A stretch of 64,000 nt of DNA, from NCBI RefSeq assembly GCF_009914755.1, contig NC_060938.1; one strand, given 5' to 3'. Below, piece by piece: positions 59,082-64,000 of the stretch. Within the stretch, counting starts at the first letter, position 1; each line of letters begins with the position of its first letter. Below the pieces are notes generated by a model that was given only the letters and a program-made list of their open reading frames with translations, ran no database searches and was not told where the DNA came from. The translations under genes and the position numbers were made by a program. The DNA is from the human T2T-CHM13v2.0 reference genome, Homo sapiens.

Positions 59082-59248
59082 AGCCACGTACGGTGGCTCA
59101 TGCCTGAAATCCCCACTATTCAGGAGGCTGGGGTGGGAGGACTGCTTGAGCCCATGAGTTTGAGGCTGCACTGAGCTATGACTGCACCACTGCCCTCCAG
59201 CCTGAGACTCTGTCTCAAAAAAAAGAAAAAAAAAGGAAAAAAAAAAAG
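59082..59248 (+). mobile_element. Alu monomer (right-arm-like)
   Basis: ggtggctcatgcctg...gactctgtctc plus A-tail. Confidence 0.85.
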
Positions 59249-59273
59249 AGAATGAAATAAAAATCACCCATAA

Positions 59274-59515
<242 letters not shown>

Positions 59516-59916
59516 CACCATGAGCATTTTGATTTTTTTTCCAGTCCTGTAAGTACTATACTTATGAAGTTCTGCATATCACATACACAATTTGGACCAT
59601 ACTCCAGAGTTTCACAGACTATTTTCACTAATCAATATTGTGTAAGCATTTCTCATGTCATTAAAAATCACATAAAAGTTACCCAAACTGGAAAGAAATA
59701 AGTTAAAAAATCTCTGTTCACAGATGACACGATCATATGTATAGAAAATCCTAAAGTCCATTAAAAAAATCTATTAGAACAAATAAACAAATTTAGCAAA
59801 ATTGTAAGATACAAAATCAAAACAGAAAAATCAGTTGTGTTTCTATACACAGTGAACAATCAGACAAGGAAATTAAGAAAACAATTTATTTACAATAGCA
59901 TCAAAAATAACAATTA

Positions 59917-60265
<349 letters not shown>

Positions 60266-60347
60266 CTATAAAACATTGCTGAAAGATATTAAAGATGACA
60301 CAAATAAGTGGAAAGACATCCCATGCTCATGGATTGAAAAATTTAAT

Positions 60348-60660
60348 ATTATTATTATTATTTTATTTATTTATTTTTTTTGAGACAGAGTCTCACCTGT
60401 CACCCAGGCTGGAGTGCAGTGGCACAATCTCAACTCACTGCAACCTCCGCCTCCCGGGGTTCAAGTGATTCTTCTGCCTCAGCCTCCCGAGTAGCTGGGA
60501 CTATAGGCACATGCCACCACACTGGGCTAATTTTTGTATTTTTAGTAGAGACGGGTTTCACCATATTGGCCAGGCTGGTCTCGAACTCCTGACCTCGTGA
60601 TCCGCCCACTTCAGCCTCCCAAAGTGCTGGGATTACAAGCGTGAGCCACCGTGCCCAACC
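60348..60660 (-). mobile_element. Alu (AluSg-like) nested in L1
   Basis: full dimer; TSD ttaatatta. Confidence 0.92.
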
Positions 60661-62176
60661 CAACTTAATATTACTAAGATGTCAATACTACCCAAAGTGA
60701 TATAAATAGCTACACAATCCCTATGAAAAATTCTGGTAACATTTTTTTTTGCAGAAATAAAAAAGAATCATTCTAAAATTTGTATAAAATTTTAAGAGAC
60801 TCTCCATAGCCAAAACAATTTTGAAAAAGAAGAACAAAGTTGGAAGACTCATGCTTCCTGATCTCAAAACTTACTAAAAGCTACCATAATCAAAACAGTA
60901 GGGTACTGACATAAAGACAGATATATTAAAGACCAATGGAATAGAACCGACAGCCCAGAAACAAACCCTCATGTAGTATATATGGTCAAATGATCTTCAA
61001 CAAGGGTATCAGAACTACTTGATGGGGAGAGGGCAGTCTCTTCAACAAATGGTTTGGGGAAACTGGATATTCACATGCAAAAGAATAAAGTTGGACCCCT
61101 GCCTTAAACCATACACAAAACTTAAAATGATTTAAAGATATAAATGTAAGACCCCAAACTATCAAACTCCTAGAAGAAATCACAGAAGAAAAGCTTCATG
61201 ACATCAGATTTGGCAGTTATTTCTGGTATATGATACCAAAAGCACAGGCAACAAAAAACAGACGAGACTACAAATGAAATTTAAAAAATTTTGTTCACCA
61301 AAGGACAAAATCAACAGAGTTGAAAAGGCAACCTATAGAACAGGAGAAAATATTTTCAAATCCTGTATCTAAGAAGGGTTTAATACCCAGAATATATAAA
61401 GAACTCCTACGACTCACAAGAAAAAATCAAATGACCTGATTTTAAAAATGGGAAAGGACTTGAATAGACATTTATCCAAAGATGACCTGCAAACAGCCAA
61501 TAAGCACATAAAAACATGCTCAACATCATTAATCAGAGAAACTCAAATAAAACCACAATGAGATATCACTTCACATCCATTAGGATGGCTACAATTAAAA
61601 AAAGCAGAAAATAAAACTGGTTAGAGGTGATGTGGAGAAGCTAGAACCCTTGTATACTGTTACTGACATTGCAAACTGGTGAGACTGCAACAGAAAACAG
61701 TATTTCTCAACAAATTAAAGGTGGAACTATCATATGACCAATTCATGCTTTTAGGTTTATATCCAAAAGAACTGAAAATAGGATCTCAAAGAGAGATTTG
61801 TACACCCATGTTCATAGCAGCACTATTTACAATAGCCAAGAGGTAGAGGCAACCCAGTTTGACAGAATGTCTATTGACAGATGAATGAATAAAACTGTAG
61901 TATATGAAAACCATGCAGACTTAAAAAGGAAGGAAATCCTGTCATATGCTATAACATAGATGAACCTTGAGAACATTATGCTAAGTGAAACAGCCTAGTC
62001 AGAAAAGGACAAATACTGTATGATTCCACTTATATAAAGTATCTAAAGGAGCCAAATTCATAGATACCAACAGTAGAATGGTGGTTACTAGTGGCTGTGG
62101 GGAGGCAGCAAAGAGTTGTTGTTGTTTAATGAATATAGAGTTTTAGTTTTGCAAGATGAAAAATTCTAGACAACTA

Positions 62177-62553
<377 letters not shown>

Positions 62554-62703
62554 AATGGTTAAGATGGTAAAGTTTATGTGTTTTTTACTGAAATTTTAAA
62601 AATATTAAAATGATGTGAGCATAGCCTAATTTAATCATTTCACTACAGCTGGATGTTTAAATGAATATATATATACACACACACATATATTATTATATAT
62701 ATA

Positions 62704-63008
62704 TTTCTTTCTTTCTTTTTTGGGACAGGATTTCATTCTGTTGCCCATGGTGCAACGCAGTGATGTGAACATGGTTCATTGAAGCCTCAACCTCCTGGGC
62801 TCAAGTGATCCTCCTGCCTCAGTGTCCTGAGTAGCTGGGACTACAGAAGCAGGCTGCCGTGCTCTGCTAATTTTTAAAAATTTTTGTAAAGACTGGGTCT
62901 TATCATGTTGCCCAGGCTGGTCTTGAACTCCTGGGCTCAAAAGATCCTCCCACCTCAGCCTCCCAAAGTGCTGAGACTACAACAGGTGTGAACCACCGCT
63001 CCCAGACC
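62704..63008 (-). mobile_element. Alu (AluJ-like)
   Basis: diverged full dimer. Confidence 0.9.
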
Positions 63009-64000
63009 AAAAAAATAAAAATAAAAATAAAAATAAAAATAAAAACTTTTAAAACAAGTATTTAAAATAAATATGCAGTAACCTAAAAATTTGTATATCA
63101 TTTAGAGCAAAATTACAATGTAAAAATTAGATCTCTTAATTAATATTTGCAATGGCAAAAGTTTTCTGTATTAGTAAGTACTAGATACATTTCTGAAGTT
63201 TATGAAATAATGTTAAAGATAGTTATCAAAACGAAAACTAATTTTAGCGGTAGTTCATTATACAGTGAATAAATTAGCAGTACTTTTTCAGAAAATCAAT
63301 CCAATGCTAAATATTCAATCAGCTAATTTTTAAATAACTATGAAAAATACAGTGACACAATGGTGGCAATCTTGTGAATATGGTTGTTTTGGTTCATAAT
63401 AAGTAAATATGGTTTTTTTCCATTGAGCATAATGAATGTACAATGTTAAACAGAAGACATTAGTAAACAACACTAACCTTTATTCATTTTCTGTATCTAT
63501 TATTTAAAACCAATAAAATGACATTTGGGGCATGTATTTGTGCCTTCAAATTAACATTTTCCATTAATTCAGACTTGAACTGTCCAAACAGTGAAGACAG
63601 GATACAAATATTTTACTTTACAGAATATTTTTAAAAATCAAGATTGTTAGGTTTTTGAATAGAAAGTCTGAAAAGAACATACCACGTAACCTGAATAGAT
63701 GACACTTGTCCTATTTGGCCAAACAGCCTACCCTGGGATTTCTTTCAAGAACTTTGCCAAGTTCTTTCAAGAACAAGGCAAACTAATGGCTGGTTTAAAC
63801 CTCCGTATAGTTCCTGACTTTTTAACACTTACACTACCTTCTCTGCTTATACTTTCAGGAAACAAGTTAAAGTATTCCCTGCAAGTCCAAGGAAAGCTTT
63901 AAACATCTATTCAAAGATATTTAAAGATTCCTATTTATTTCAAAAACTGTCTAAAGAAACACATTTAACTTATTTTATTAAAAAATACTAAACTATTTTA

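Noticed and set aside
63699-63902. 67-aa ORF and ttctttcaagaac direct repeat
   Set aside because: No recognisable homology and no convincing splice or retrocopy hallmarks; consistent with chance in AT-rich intron

Overview
AT-rich primate (human or very close great-ape) genomic DNA lying entirely inside the Ste20/GCK-family kinase gene MAP4K5 (KHS1/GCKR) on the minus strand. I traced 25 consecutive GT-AG coding exons by hand, from 52372 down to 609. They join into one open frame from ...[10 protein letters not shown] (kinase domain) through the proline-rich linker to ...WFTEIGA (CNH domain); the gene's 5' and 3' ends lie outside the window. One of the 25 is a 3-nt microexon (AAG, 4307-4309), inferred from splice signals and my recollection of the reference protein. 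The introns are packed with Alu, L1, L2, MIR, LTR and DNA-transposon relics. They also hold a full-length Y1 RNA pseudogene and a 2-kb C2H2 zinc-finger retrocopy that inserted into, and split, a Y3 RNA pseudogene. The most interesting observations are the microexon, that nested retroposition, a (UG)25-flanked antisense-Alu cryptic poison-exon candidate, and a 100%-identical 109-bp tandem duplication inside an old LTR. I see no evidence of a wholly new biological system. Exon numbers and repeat subfamily names come from memory, not from a database search.
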